Origin: Novakomyces olei
Lineage: Eukaryota
NCBI GenBank assembly: GCA_016906335.1
Contig: JADEYG010000015.1
Location: 496,001-560,000 of the forward strand
DNA: 64,000 nucleotides
Reading direction: 5' to 3'
Positions within the stretch are counted from its first letter, which is position 1; every line of letters begins with the position of its first letter. The notes beneath the pieces are model-generated. The model ran no database searches, had not been told where the DNA came from, and saw only the letters and a list, made by a program, of their open reading frames with translations. Positions 14,539-26,608 of the stretch are shown one piece after another. Both the position numbers and the translations under genes were made by a program.

Positions 14539-17280
14539 CTACTCGCTGCCTCCACCAAATTTAGTTCGCCATTCAGCCACACTCTCGTCCGCAATACGGG
14601 TGAACAAGTACTGTGCTTTCCCAATTCCGTGGTGGGGCAGCAGCCGTAGCGTAAACTCGTCCGGTATACGCAAGGCAGGAGCATTCAGCTGCTCCAAGAT
14701 TTGCCGAGACGTGCCTGGCATAAACGGGTAAAACACGGCTGAAAGCAAGTGGATAAGGTTAAGGGCATAAGCCACCACCGTAGCGGCCTTGTCCGGGTTC
14801 TCTTTCAGTAAAGTGTTGTCAAACTTGTTTTCTTGCAGGAATTGGTTTCCCCTCGCACTCATAAGCATAGCGATACGTAACCCGTCTCGAATTTTAACTC
14901 CCTCCATAGCCGCAAGATACTGGGATAATAGGTCATTAATGTCCCGTTTGAAGACTACTTCATAACTCTTCGAGTCTTTCGGCGGCTCCACAGCGTACTC
15001 GGGCACTTGCCCATTAAATTTGGCGTTTGTAAACTTTATTACACGATTAACAAAATTGCCAAGAGAATTAAGGAGCTCGCCGTTATTGCGAGCTGCAAAA
15101 TCGCTCCAATTAAACATCGTGTCTGACGTCTCTGGGCGGCTGGAAAGAAGGTAATACCGCCAAACAGACGGGCTCACGCCCGTCTCTTTTGCACTATCAC
15201 CAAAAACCCCGCGATTTCGTGACTTGGAAAACTTTCCGCCCTCGTAATTGAGGTATTCTAAAGATTAGTAATTAGAAACAATAATTAAATGAATAATAAT
15301 TAATTAGATTTTGACAGAAAAGAATGAGCATAGGAATTGGAATATCACTTACCCGTGGTACTTATATGGTGCAATTTTGTCCACACGTCCCGCGTCCCTA
15401 TCTCGCTTCCCGGGAACACTACAGTGTGAAAGGGAACGTTGTCCTTGCCCATAAACTGGTAAAGTTTAACTTTGTCCGGCTGCTTCCACCAAAGCTCCCA
15501 GTTATCTGTGAAATTGGCAGTTATACTAACGTAGCCAATGCAAGCATCGAACCAAACGTATAGCACTTTGTCTTCCCAACCCGCTAGAGGAACAGGAGTC
15601 CCCCATTTCAAATCACGAGTAATACAACGCGATTTTAACCCTTCCCGAAGCCATTTTTCAGTTATAGCTTTGCCATTAGCCGACCATTTACCCGCAGTAC
15701 TGGACTCATGTACCCAATCCGCAATCTCTCCCTGTAACTTATCCAAGTCTAAAAAAATATGGTTTGTCTTGCGAACAACAGGGACAGCACCGTCCACTTT
15801 ACAATGCGGGTTTATGAGCTCAAAAGGATCTAAAAGGCATCCACAAGCATCGCACTGATCGCCACGAGCATCCTCGTACCCACAGCGAGGACAAGTGCCC
15901 TCTACGAACCGGTCGGCAAGAAAAGCCTTGTGTTTCTCACAGTACAACTGTGTCATACTTTGCTCAGACAGGTAGCCGTTCTTGTTCAGTTTTAAAAAAA
16001 TATCTGAAGCAATCTCCGTTTGCTTTGGTGTAGAGGTACGGCCAAAGGTATCGAAATCAACGTCAAACCATGAATAAACTTGAGCATGAATTGTATGGTA
16101 TTTCTTGCAAAGTTCTTCGGGAGTAACTCCGTCGGCAAGCGCCCTTGTCTCCGTCGCCGTCCCGTACTCGTCCGTTCCACAAATGGAAAGTGTATTATAA
16201 TTACGCGCTTTGCAGTAGCGGGCATACACATCGGCACTAAGCACACTACCGATAATATTGCCCAAGTGTGGCACGTTATTTACGTAAGGAAGGGCAGAAG
16301 TAACAAGAATGTTTCGCTCGCCTTCAACGGGAACAACAGCGCGCCCATCGCGGGTCAGCATTTCACCTCCAGCGAGAACTTTAGCCGGTTTCGGTGGTCC
16401 TGTTGGTACTGCATCAGATTTCGTAGGGGTTTTAGCGGTGGAGGGAGCGGTATACTTTGCCGCCTGTTCCACTGCAGACATGACTGTCGCTTGTTCCAGG
16501 ACGCGGCTGTACCATTTTGCAGTATGAGAGAAATGCTCAAGCGTAGCTGGATCTGTGCTAGCAAGAGCGTGGTAGAGTGTAGAGAAAAGAATGATTGAAA
16601 CAGGCGAAGACTGCACGTTAGTATGAACGGTGGAGCAAGAATTTTATCCAGAAAAATTGTTGGATAACTTTTTGATCGGGGAAAATTGTGTGTAAAATCG
16701 AAACAAAAGCAAAGTAGGTAAACCCGGTGTACCGACAGGCCAAAGAGTGCCAAAGACAAAAGTGGCAAGTGTGACAAAATTGTTGGTCGCCAAACGCATT
16801 AATAAAGGAAAAAGTCAAAAATAAATTCAAAGACAAAAAAGAAAAGAAAAGAAAAGAAAAGAAAAGAAAAGAAAAGAAAAGCTTGTTGTACAAACCTGCT
16901 CAAACTTTTGTAGCACAGTCTCCAGCGTGGGCAGCACTTTTTCCACTCCAGTCTTTAACGCTGGGCGCAGGTACGATTCTTCCCATTCGATAGCTGCTGA
17001 TTCTGTTAAAGGCAGAGACTTGCCGGTGCTTCGACGGTACAAAAACACCACAATTGCGTTTGCATCGATTAAAGTAGATTGGCTATCTTTTGGGTCTTGT
17101 AAAGTTACCCGGTCTACATTATCGGCACGTGCTTTTAAATTGTTAGCGTGAATTGTAAGTTTGATCTTTACCGATTTGAACAGGGCTGTTGTAAATATTG
17201 ACGGCAAGAATAGCTTTAAGTGCAGACGTGAAAATGTCGCTGTGAGCGCCTGCCGCAGGCACATTGAGTTTGAGCGACAT
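14539..17280 (-). CDS. MES1: Cytosolic methionyl-tRNA synthetase with N-terminal GST-like domain, multi-exon
   Basis: [15 protein letters not shown] (HIGH), zinc-knuckle cysteines, GKFSKS (KMSKS) at about 15220-15240; ATG at 17280 (MSLKLNVP). Confidence 0.96.
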
Positions 17281-17641
17281 GAGTTGTACTTATTCAGGTT
17301 TGCGTGGACCGGTTCACACTATTCGCAATATCTTAAATTTCCAAAACACTCGAATTGTTGCGATAAGTGTAGGACAACATTAGAGTTGGAATTTATCATA
17401 CTTTATTAGTATTCTGTCAAATTCCAGGGTTAGTCTGACACTTTAATCTTGGTACTTTTACCACCCTTGTAAATTACAGTGAGATTATTGGCGTAAGAAT
17501 TATTGCAGTTGGAATTTGAGACAAATTTGAGAAAAATTAAATTAATAATTTAATTAATATTTAATAATTTATTTATCTACTTATTTATTTATTTAATAAA
17601 TAAAAAATATAATTAACAACTAATCATCATCTCAGAATGAT

Positions 17642-18149
17642 ATGGCAGAGCTCGATAATGTGATTGACTTTCTGGAACAAGAGTAAGAGCGCACCTCGAT
17701 TCGTGATTCCCATCAGCATTCTTACAATATGCAGGTTCTACAATGAGGGCTATAACGAAGCTTTAGCGGCTGATATTTCCCAAGACTACACACAATCCTT
17801 TGCCTATGGAGTAGAAACTGGCTACGAGCGGTTCCTGCAAGTAGGGCGCATTTATGGTATGCTGGCCGTATGGCAGCAGCAACTGCCCTCCTCAATTCCT
17901 TCGTCAAACACTCTGGAAAAAAGACGTGAGCGCCAGTTACAGCGGTTAAATGAATCGTTGGACGCATTGCCTCGAGACAATGCAGAACAACCTTTGCCGG
18001 GAACCGATTTCGATGCCTGCTGGACTCGGGTTTGGTCACGTGCGCGAGTTTGTGCAGCGATGTTTGGTCAGCAGCATTTGCTCGTGGCGAATAATGTCGC
18101 TACTGACGCGATTGAGGAGGGGCCTGCGCAGATTATGAATCAGAAATAG
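17642..18149 (+). CDS. LTO1: Lto1/ORAOV1-like (Yae1_N domain) protein, 2 exons
   Basis: MAELDNVIDFLEQE|FYNEGY...GVETGYERFLQVGRIYG. Confidence 0.7.
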
Positions 18150-18706
18150 CTATAAAGATGCATTGTTGGAAATATAAAATAATGAAGAAAGGTGGAGGGC
18201 GCAACGAATCAACGAATTTTTACGGTCTTTATCAGCGCCACTTCAGCCGCACAGTAATTGTTGCATACTGTTTTCTGATTGAAAGAATATTGGCCATTTG
18301 CATCCTGTCGCGTGCATAAACTTTATAAAGCATTCATTTAGGTACGATGGCATTATGATTATGGTTGTGTATTACAGTATAACATTAGGGTATAATATTA
18401 TTGTACAGTATTTGTATTTGATTATTTTATCAATTAAACAAATCAACGCTGATCCATAAATATAATAGAATTTCCAACGCTCTCACCTCTATTTGCATAA
18501 CCTCTATAATACACAGAATCCACCAACGCTGCGCTCAAATCCGTCTATATTCGAGACTCTGAAACTCTGAAAAGCCACCCGAACCCCCGTTGCGCATCAG
18601 CCCCAGTAAAAATTTGACAAACTATTTGACCGGCCACCATCCATATATAGATAGAAGCTTGTTGACACAAACAAGAATAAACGTTTGTTTCCCATTCAAA
18701 CTGAGA

Positions 18707-21031
18707 CTACGCACGTCGTAGATTAAGAGCGGCAGCCGCGCTATTCCTCCACACTATTTCTCGTTCTTCAACAACACGATCAACTTCCATAGCAGTCACC
18801 CATCCATCAGCACACTTTTCCTTCATCGACATAATAGTAGCGGCATAAGCAGCGTCTTGTGAAAGCGCCTTTTGCACCCCACTTGGGGCAGAAAGGCCGT
18901 TGTGCTCATCCATTAGGCTGCCAGATTCCATTACTATTGTGCCAAAGTTATCTTCGTCCAGTGGAGTCGTCATTAAATCAGTTGAAGCCGTACTCGTCTT
19001 TAGACTGTGAACAGCGGAAAACGTATCGCTCATCCGAGACAGCGTGTACTGACCAGCAACCCCTGGAGCGGCGTTATTATTACTATCAGCATTGTTATTG
19101 TTATTGTTATTGCTGTTAGTATTATTATTAATTTCAACGTTTTCAGGATCAATAATCTGCTCCAAGTGAGCATTAATTGCGGCTGCGTCTACAGCCTGAT
19201 CTGTGCCTAAAGGCGAAGGCGGAGGCGGCCGAGACTGAGCGGGTGAAACTACCATCGTCATCAATCTCCCTTCTTCATGGGGCGCACTGACTGATCCATT
19301 TTCTAGCACATTACTGCCTGAGCCAACCCTTGCAAACGAGTCTGATCTGGCGTGTAAGCTATTACTGCTGCCGGAAGTGTAAAGCTCCGGATGAGCCAGT
19401 TTCAATGAAGGGTGTGTACTCACACTCGGCGAGGCAGCGTTAGAATAAGACGTGGCCGGTTGAGGTAGTGGGCTCTCCACTGTACACGGATCCGGAGCCA
19501 TTGGGTAGTGCTCCTCTGCCTCTGGAGTAATACGCCTCTGTGAAGTTTCAAAGGGAGAATCAGTGATTCGGAGAGCGTCCAGCTTTCTCGAAACCCGTAC
19601 AGTCTCCGGCACAAGTCGGGACTCGTCCTCCGCCTCCGCCTGCCGTAATGAATTTGACCTTAACCCTAGCAATTGGCCAGTGCCATCTTGCTTAACGGAG
19701 TATTGGCTGCGAGTTGAGCCCTGCATACTGTCCAGTCGGCCGGGGGACTCAAACTTTTCGATATCCGTAACTATTGGAGAAGACTTGGGAGAAAGAGCGA
19801 GTGAGGAAGAAGAAGCTGCTGCTGCTGTCGCATTTGTAGTAACACTGCGCAAAGTTTGGCCAAAACCGGTGGTCATCGATGATTGAGAGAAAGTTTTTGC
19901 CCTTAGTCTTGAATCGAGACTCGTTGTCTGTTCAAGCGGCCATCTCGGTGAAGGAAGATTAGAGTCCCCAACTGTGGCAGTTTTTGCACGGTAATAGGGG
20001 CCATCAGAGTCGGATCTCATACGGTTAAAAGGTGGAGCATTTGAGGTTACTATTGCTGCCGGCGGCCTTTTAACTAGTCTTTTCATAAAAGAGACTGATC
20101 TCCGAATTTGTGTTCCCTTGGCCGGCTGTGACTTTTGTAGTTTCTGTGGTGATCCAGGTGCCTGTGTGGTATTGCTTTCGATCCCTAAGGGTAATGAATA
20201 AGCCGAGTCTGTGAATTCGCTCGAATTACTCGAGTTTTGTCGAGAAAAAAGTGACTGAAGGTGGGAAGATGAGCTGAAATTTCCACGTAGCCCAGGTCGT
20301 TTGCCATTTATTGATCCCGAGTCTCCATTGCCAGCTACTCTAGTTTTTTTCTGCCAGATATTGTCGGCGAAAACTGTGTCGAAATCGACAGAGACGCGTC
20401 CTGATTCGATTCCATCGAGCCCAGTAGCAGCATCGTTGCAGAGCTCAGTATCGTAAATGTCCGGAGGAGTATCGCCCAGGTCTGCTAAAGTACTGGCGAG
20501 TGGATCCTGTGCGGTTTCCAACGGGGTTCTTACGCAAGTTTGGCTATTGGCTGGTAATGCTGACGTATGATCAATAGTGTTAACCTGTAATCCGTCCGCG
20601 GCAGTTGCACGTCCGGGTTTTCTGTGAGATTCTTTTGATGAGAGAGATGCTCTTGAAGTCGTTGGCCAGTCTGAGTCCGAGTCCGGTGGTGTACTGGGCG
20701 CTTTTCTATTACTGCTCTCAAAAGGCTTGGCCGTTGAAGAGGAAGCACGTTCAGTAAGCTTTTTAAACGGGGCTATTACCCGCGATTTCCAGGTAGACCG
20801 TCGCCGTACAAGTCTCTCAGTGCTGTTTGTTTTATTGCTTTCCGAGTCTTCGCAGCTTTCCTGCCTCCGAGCTGATAGCGTGTGCCTTGATAAGCAAGAA
20901 GAAGACGATACTGATTGTTTTCTGTGTATAGAACTTAGCGTCGACCGGCAGGCGTCTGTTTCGTCGAGGGGTAAAGCGGCATTAAGCTGTAGGCCGCCGC
21001 CACCAAGTGGTCGGCCAAGCCCAAGTGGCAT
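18707..21031 (-). CDS. Intronless Ser/Thr/Pro-rich, probably disordered protein of about 774 aa, function unknown
   Basis: 2.3 kb uninterrupted ORF, poly-Asn tract, many basophilic RxxS sites. Confidence 0.8.
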   Translation of the reverse strand: MPLGLGRPLGGGGLQLNAALPLDETDACRSTLSSIHRKQSVSSSSCLSRHTLSARRQESCEDSESNKTNSTERLVRRRSTWKSRVIAPFKKLTERASSSTAKPFESSNRKAPSTPPDSDSDWPTTSRASLSSKESHRKPGRATAADGLQVNTIDHTSALPANSQTCVRTPLETAQDPLASTLADLGDTPPDIYDTELCNDAATGLDGIESGRVSVDFDTVFADNIWQKKTRVAGNGDSGSINGKRPGLRGNFSSSSHLQSLFSRQNSSNSSEFTDSAYSLPLGIESNTTQAPGSPQKLQKSQPAKGTQIRRSVSFMKRLVKRPPAAIVTSNAPPFNRMRSDSDGPYYRAKTATVGDSNLPSPRWPLEQTTSLDSRLRAKTFSQSSMTTGFGQTLRSVTTNATAAAASSSSLALSPKSSPIVTDIEKFESPGRLDSMQGSTRSQYSVKQDGTGQLLGLRSNSLRQAEAEDESRLVPETVRVSRKLDALRITDSPFETSQRRITPEAEEHYPMAPDPCTVESPLPQPATSYSNAASPSVSTHPSLKLAHPELYTSGSSNSLHARSDSFARVGSGSNVLENGSVSAPHEEGRLMTMVVSPAQSRPPPPSPLGTDQAVDAAAINAHLEQIIDPENVEINNNTNSNNNNNNNADSNNNAAPGVAGQYTLSRMSDTFSAVHSLKTSTASTDLMTTPLDEDNFGTIVMESGSLMDEHNGLSAPSGVQKALSQDAAYAATIMSMKEKCADGWVTAMEVDRVVEEREIVWRNSAAAALNLRRA

Positions 21032-21685
21032 TGGTGACAAGGGAATAGGAGAAGACAGACCTTTTCTTTGGTTTGATTCGTTTCTATTTTGTCTTTTATA
21101 TAGTTCGGATTTATTTTTTAACTGTCAGCCAATTTCTCTCACAATTGCTTTTATTTTCTGCCTTTCTTTCTCTCCTTCGTTTCTCTCCTTCTTTTTCCCC
21201 TTTCTTGCCCGACTTTCCTATATTTTGATCGGTCCGTAGTACTTCGTTCCCTCTGCCTTCTTAATTGACCCGGTAGAATCGAGTAAAGAACGCTCCTGCA
21301 GCGACCGCGTTGTGAGGAGCGATGCTTGTAAACCCTTCGAAACCCAAGTTCAATCAAAACTAGGTCTCTTAATGCCTTGTCGGCCTATTAAAGGCGCAAA
21401 ATATACCCTGCTTCTCCAGACCAATGATCGTTTAGTACACGAATCAGTCAAACCACAGCATTTAACTATGTTTCAAGCCGTAACGTGTTTCTGTGACTTC
21501 TTTATCTCCTCTCGATGAGGCCGCGGGCGTAATCGATACTTAACCATGCATTGTAACACACTTATTCAAATTGATCTCGGTCGTCCAGCTTAGTTGTCAG
21601 TACCGGTTTTCCCCTGATCAGATCAAAGTTATCAAATAGTATTATTCTTTTCTATGTGCTGTCAAATTGTATCTACTAAACTAGA

Positions 21686-23340
21686 CTATGGCACCCCATT
21701 TGGGCTTCTACTTTTAATTACTTGCTTATGTCCTCGCCACTTCTTCCCATATAATTTTGATAACTTATAGTCCAGTGGAATTATTCCTTCTAATTCTCCT
21801 TTCATCCAATACCGGCAACGGATTGTCCACGAACAAATTTTTTTTCTGGCCAACACTCGATTGCTTATAAATTGCACTATACGTAAAAGATCGATTCGAT
21901 CCGGGAAATAGATTCTGGAATCGATAAATCGGTAGTTGTCCATAGCAGCGGCAAATAGCATAGTATGAAAAACAGCGAGTACAACCACAATTACCAAGTC
22001 ACATAGTCTGGAAAATGTACCCACAATCACTTGCGTCAACATGTGTATATTTACTAATTCACTAATCTTCCGGACATTGAGGGTTCCCACTGTCAGCGTT
22101 GTGTGAACAGGGCCTCCCGAAATATACCCGCAAGTAGCCTGAAAATTCCTAAACCTAAGGTTGTAAATTATGTAAAGATTACAAATACAACAAGGGTCCC
22201 GCACTCCCGCACATCCATGAACGGTCACGCGAGACGCTTTACCACATGGTCTCGCGAGCGTGTGTAGCGAAGTACCGAGCAGATGTCAAACTCGTTTTAG
22301 AAGTGTGCATGTATAATTTTTTACCATCCAAAGTGCTAATGCTACGTTTTTTCTTGCTTACGGATGTGCTATTGAGTGTGCAAATATAGAGAATGAGCGT
22401 AAATTGCTTTAAGAAGTCCCAAAGCAAGTATTTTTGGATTCTTATTTAATTAATACTTGACCCAAAAGGATACCCCATTGACTTTTGCTGCTACCTCTTG
22501 TAGCTTATCCTATTTCTTGTAATATGCGATCCACTTTAGTGCGAAGTACACTGATTAAAATTAATATAATGTGCTGGGAGATATGTGCTGAATTTCATAT
22601 CGTTTGGACCTCATTTTCGTGCCCCACCAGACTGGTTTGATTGGGCTGCCTCAACTTCCCATAGTCACATTTATTCCGGTGCTATTCCAATAGTTGTTGC
22701 TCTAAATTGCTGTTATTTTGACTTCAAGTTTACCGTCACTTTGCTTTCTTGCTAACGCTATTACATACGTTTGGAACACTAGGGGTTCATTTAGCTCTCG
22801 CAATATTGCCCCGAAAGGTACTAGTTCAAGGAAAGCCCCGTCTTCTGTCCGACATTTTTCCAATTTAGAATCTGATAAGACGGTGCCGCCCGGTCTTGTG
22901 AGCTTTTGCGGTACTAATCAGTCCTTGGATATTGCTGCGCATTGCTCAGAGTTTTCAGGGTTCCACCCGACTTCAATTATACGTAAGGTGGCGTTTATCG
23001 ATCGAGAAGGTGAACGGATAAAAGATTATTTCAGTTATTTGCACGCTTAAAAGTACAGTTGCCGAATGTTGCAGATATTATTTCATAGTATAGCAAGCGC
23101 AGCAGTAAGTAATATTACGCAGCGCCAAACACGAAAATCCAGTAAATCGAACACGGAGTCGCTAAAACAAGCCAATGTTGGCCGGATTACTTGCGCATTA
23201 TACAAAGACTTTTGAACCGTTGGTAAAATGTAATAGAGACAAGTTGCCAAGCAATGTTGCAGTTTAGCCTGTGTTGCCGCAGATGGAAGTCAACTAGTGG
23301 ATCACACCATGTTTCCATATTCAACGTTGTCAGGCAGCTA
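21686..23340 (-). pseudogene. Degenerate Ndc10-II/GCR1_C (Crypton-like tyrosine-recombinase element) relic
   Basis: Collinear motif fragments across frames and stops: VEYG, ITFYQRF, ISTAKAHKTGR, GFP...ARA, YWMKG...KLYGKKWR. Confidence 0.45.
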
Positions 23341-24399
23341 AACTTGAATATCCCATCCCATACATCCTAACCCACTCAACACGCATTTTATATTTCCCAC
23401 ATCCTTCAATATCCCAGAATATCCAGAATGCATTTGCACATTGGACCTCGAGAGCCATAAATTATATTTTATGTACTGTTGTCATCAATGCAGTGTCAGC
23501 GAGTATCCGTTATACATTTATGTTTGCACAATACTCAATGGTCTGGTAATTTGTATATTGGCATTAGTCATGGTCGAGGTGGTAATGCAAGAGATACTGT
23601 GCTCCACAAGCATGGGACATCGGTTAACGCTCCCCATCAAATGGTAATATCCAAAATGGTTAGCTAAAAGTTGCTAGCGCCCAAAAATCTACTTGTATAA
23701 CCGTACCTTCATAGTTAGCGCAAACTGCTAGAAAGCCCTTTGTCCTATGGCTGCGAAGAACAGAGCGTACTTAATATTTTCTTCGCCTTTTTGACGCACT
23801 CAAGAAATGAAACGATCGTCAGATTGTATTGATGTACGCCATAAGAGTATATCGGCTGTTTGCCAAAGCTATATGTATATTTTGAAGAATCTTTTATAGA
23901 AAACATGTCTCTCAATCATTTCGTTCAGAGACCACAAAATGGGTTGTATTGATGATTCCTTAAACATGAATTGGTGCGCAAATTGCACTGCACGCACCGC
24001 TATTCCTACTATTATGGTGAATTCAATAACTTGGTCCCTTCCATCACCAACTTGAATTTTACGAACAAAAGGCAAACTGACCACAAAGAGGCAATCATTT
24101 AATCAAAGCTTATTTGATACCCGTAGCCTGTACAGAAATCACCAATGGCCATATTTCGAATTCTCTAATGCTATCTGTAGATCATCCAGCAAACTGCTTT
24201 TTGGCCTACAATATAGAGTAGGGGAATTTACAGACGAATGTATGTATAAATAAAAATAAAAATAAAAATAAAAAATAAATAGATAAATATATATCGCGTG
24301 CGCGCAAATTAACCTTTGATAAACATCGAGTGAGCTATTCGAATACAGCGCTTCACGCCTTTCCGCCCTCCCGAGCTCATACGCGCTGGTTAGACGCAC

Positions 24400-26046
24400 A
24401 TGGGAACTCGAAGGTTATGGCCAGTCACGCGAATCCTTCGTTCTGCGCTGTTTCTGTGGCTCCTATTTTTTGCCATACCAATCTCCTTTGATGCCGGAGG
24501 CCGTAATTGTGGCCTGGTAAGAGCTTTTTACTCTGTAACGTTACTCACGTTTAAAAGTACTACACTTTTGCGTTGGAACTCGTACTTGCTTTCGTCGTAG
24601 CGGCAAGATTAGTCACGTCCCGGACACGGTTTTTTTGGATCGCTCGCAGTTTGCAAGTTTTACAGTTCATCGTAATCCCTTTACTTCTCATTGTCTTTCT
24701 CGGGGCCAAAAATATTTCTACCAGCGCTGATCCGATCATAAACTTATGGCAATTTGTTCTCAACCGGTCTACTGGACTGTTCACAGTACTGGAAGGGTTT
24801 GCAACGCTACTTGTCGTACAGTCGCTGGGCCATCTGTGCCATTGGCTTGTCGCACGATCCGAATCCTGGGCAGTAAGTAAATTATACAAATAATGACTTG
24901 GATTATTATCTCTTTGTTTTATTCTCGCTTCTTGATACGCTCTCTGCAACCTCGTCAATTCGGTTATTCGTTATACCATTTTTATGACAGTTTCTCTCCT
25001 ATTCTTAATGGTCTAATATTGATCCTGTGTTGACTCGACTAATAAAAAGATTGCCTTTCTCGTATTTTCTGGTACGGTCATTACAAATAGTGTGTACTTC
25101 ATTTATCGGATATGGGCGTTTCATGAACCAGATTTGGCGGACGCCATGCTGGCCGCTGTAATTCTAACATCCACAATATTTATTGCATGCTATGCCGTCG
25201 TGACCAATCGTGGCAATGTTTTTGACGCCAGTTTAATGGTAAGTTCCAAAATTAGCAACAGGAACGTTGAAGGAGCACAATTTTAGTTTATGTTCAATTA
25301 ACTAATTGATTTTTAATTAATTTATTTATTTACCATTTTTTTTCTTCGTCTAAGCCTCAACTAACACCTTTTGCTAGTTTGCTTACGTGGTCTACTCGAT
25401 CTTCATGATATCTGCAAGCCGCACACGGCCGTCAGAAGTTGTGACCCTCGATCCACTTGCAAAAACTTGGCCGCCGATTATAACCTCTAATGTATCTGCA
25501 CTAGCTAGCTCAATTGCCTCGACGGTACCGCATGCGCTTGTACTAGCCTGGCGTTTCATGGTTGCTACTGTAAAATCAATGGAGGCCATCATTGTCGTGA
25601 GCCTTATTTACCGTATAACTGTGCTCTACCTTGCATCCAAAGTTCTACCCGTTATACGGTATCGTATTAAGGGCGTAGATCCTCGTGACGAAAGCGGCGA
25701 TTCTTCTTCCTCTCCTTCTGATGGGGACGAAGATGGCTCAGCTTCTACAGGAAGAGGTCTTTTGTACATGGCCCTTCAGTTTAATCCCTGTATCCTCATT
25801 GCTGTCTACAGCCATTTATTGGTACAGCAATGCGAAAATGAAGTTTCGTCCATTACGAGTCCAAGATCTGGAAAATTAGAACCTGCGAGTCAGATTTTAT
25901 TGGCGGCCATTACGGGAGATGAAAGAGTTTGGCGTTGGATTACTGTTTATGGGACTGTGATTTTATGGGTGGTTGAGATTGTTTTCGGTACTGATGAGGC
26001 AGACGCTGTGGAGGAGACTATTGCTTCTCACTGGAAAATTGAGTAA
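24400..26046 (+). CDS. ICE2: ER membrane protein Ice2, 4 exons
   Basis: IPISFDAGGRNCGL, FTVLEGFATLLVVQSLG, SLIYR, ILIAVYSHLL; multiple TM segments. Confidence 0.9.
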
Positions 26047-26608
26047 TCTTTTTAGCGTGGATTTAGCTTGAATTTCGGATTTGTTATTCTCAACTCTAAA
26101 CTATTAAGATATTCCCCGTTTGGTGCCTCGGCCTATGCTCTAGCATAATTGCTATTTTTATTTTACGTATTTTTTTATATCATTTTCTTTATTCCGGGTC
26201 TGATCTATGGCACTTCTAATAACAATGCAATTTAGCCTGTGTTCATCATTGGTTCATTATGAATTGTTTTGAATTATGAATTGTGTTTATGATGATGGTC
26301 CAATTTCATTAATTATTATAATCTCTATAATTGTGAGTATGGATATAATTATGATTTATTTTTAATTTCATTTCTTTTGATTGAGCAAAACGATATTTTT
26401 CCAAAGCGGGGAAATCAGGAAGGCCCTCCACAAACTTGTTTACGAGAACAGTATGCGCGAAACTTACGGCGATGCAATCGCATTGTTTGAGTCGGTGACT
26501 CGAATTGGAAACAAACTAAATAACGAGTAGTTAATGTAAAAGGGCGTATGACCTTTGAATTCGCTAGTATTTTTTTTTTCCCTTAGCCTCATTGATTCGA
26601 GATTTAAG

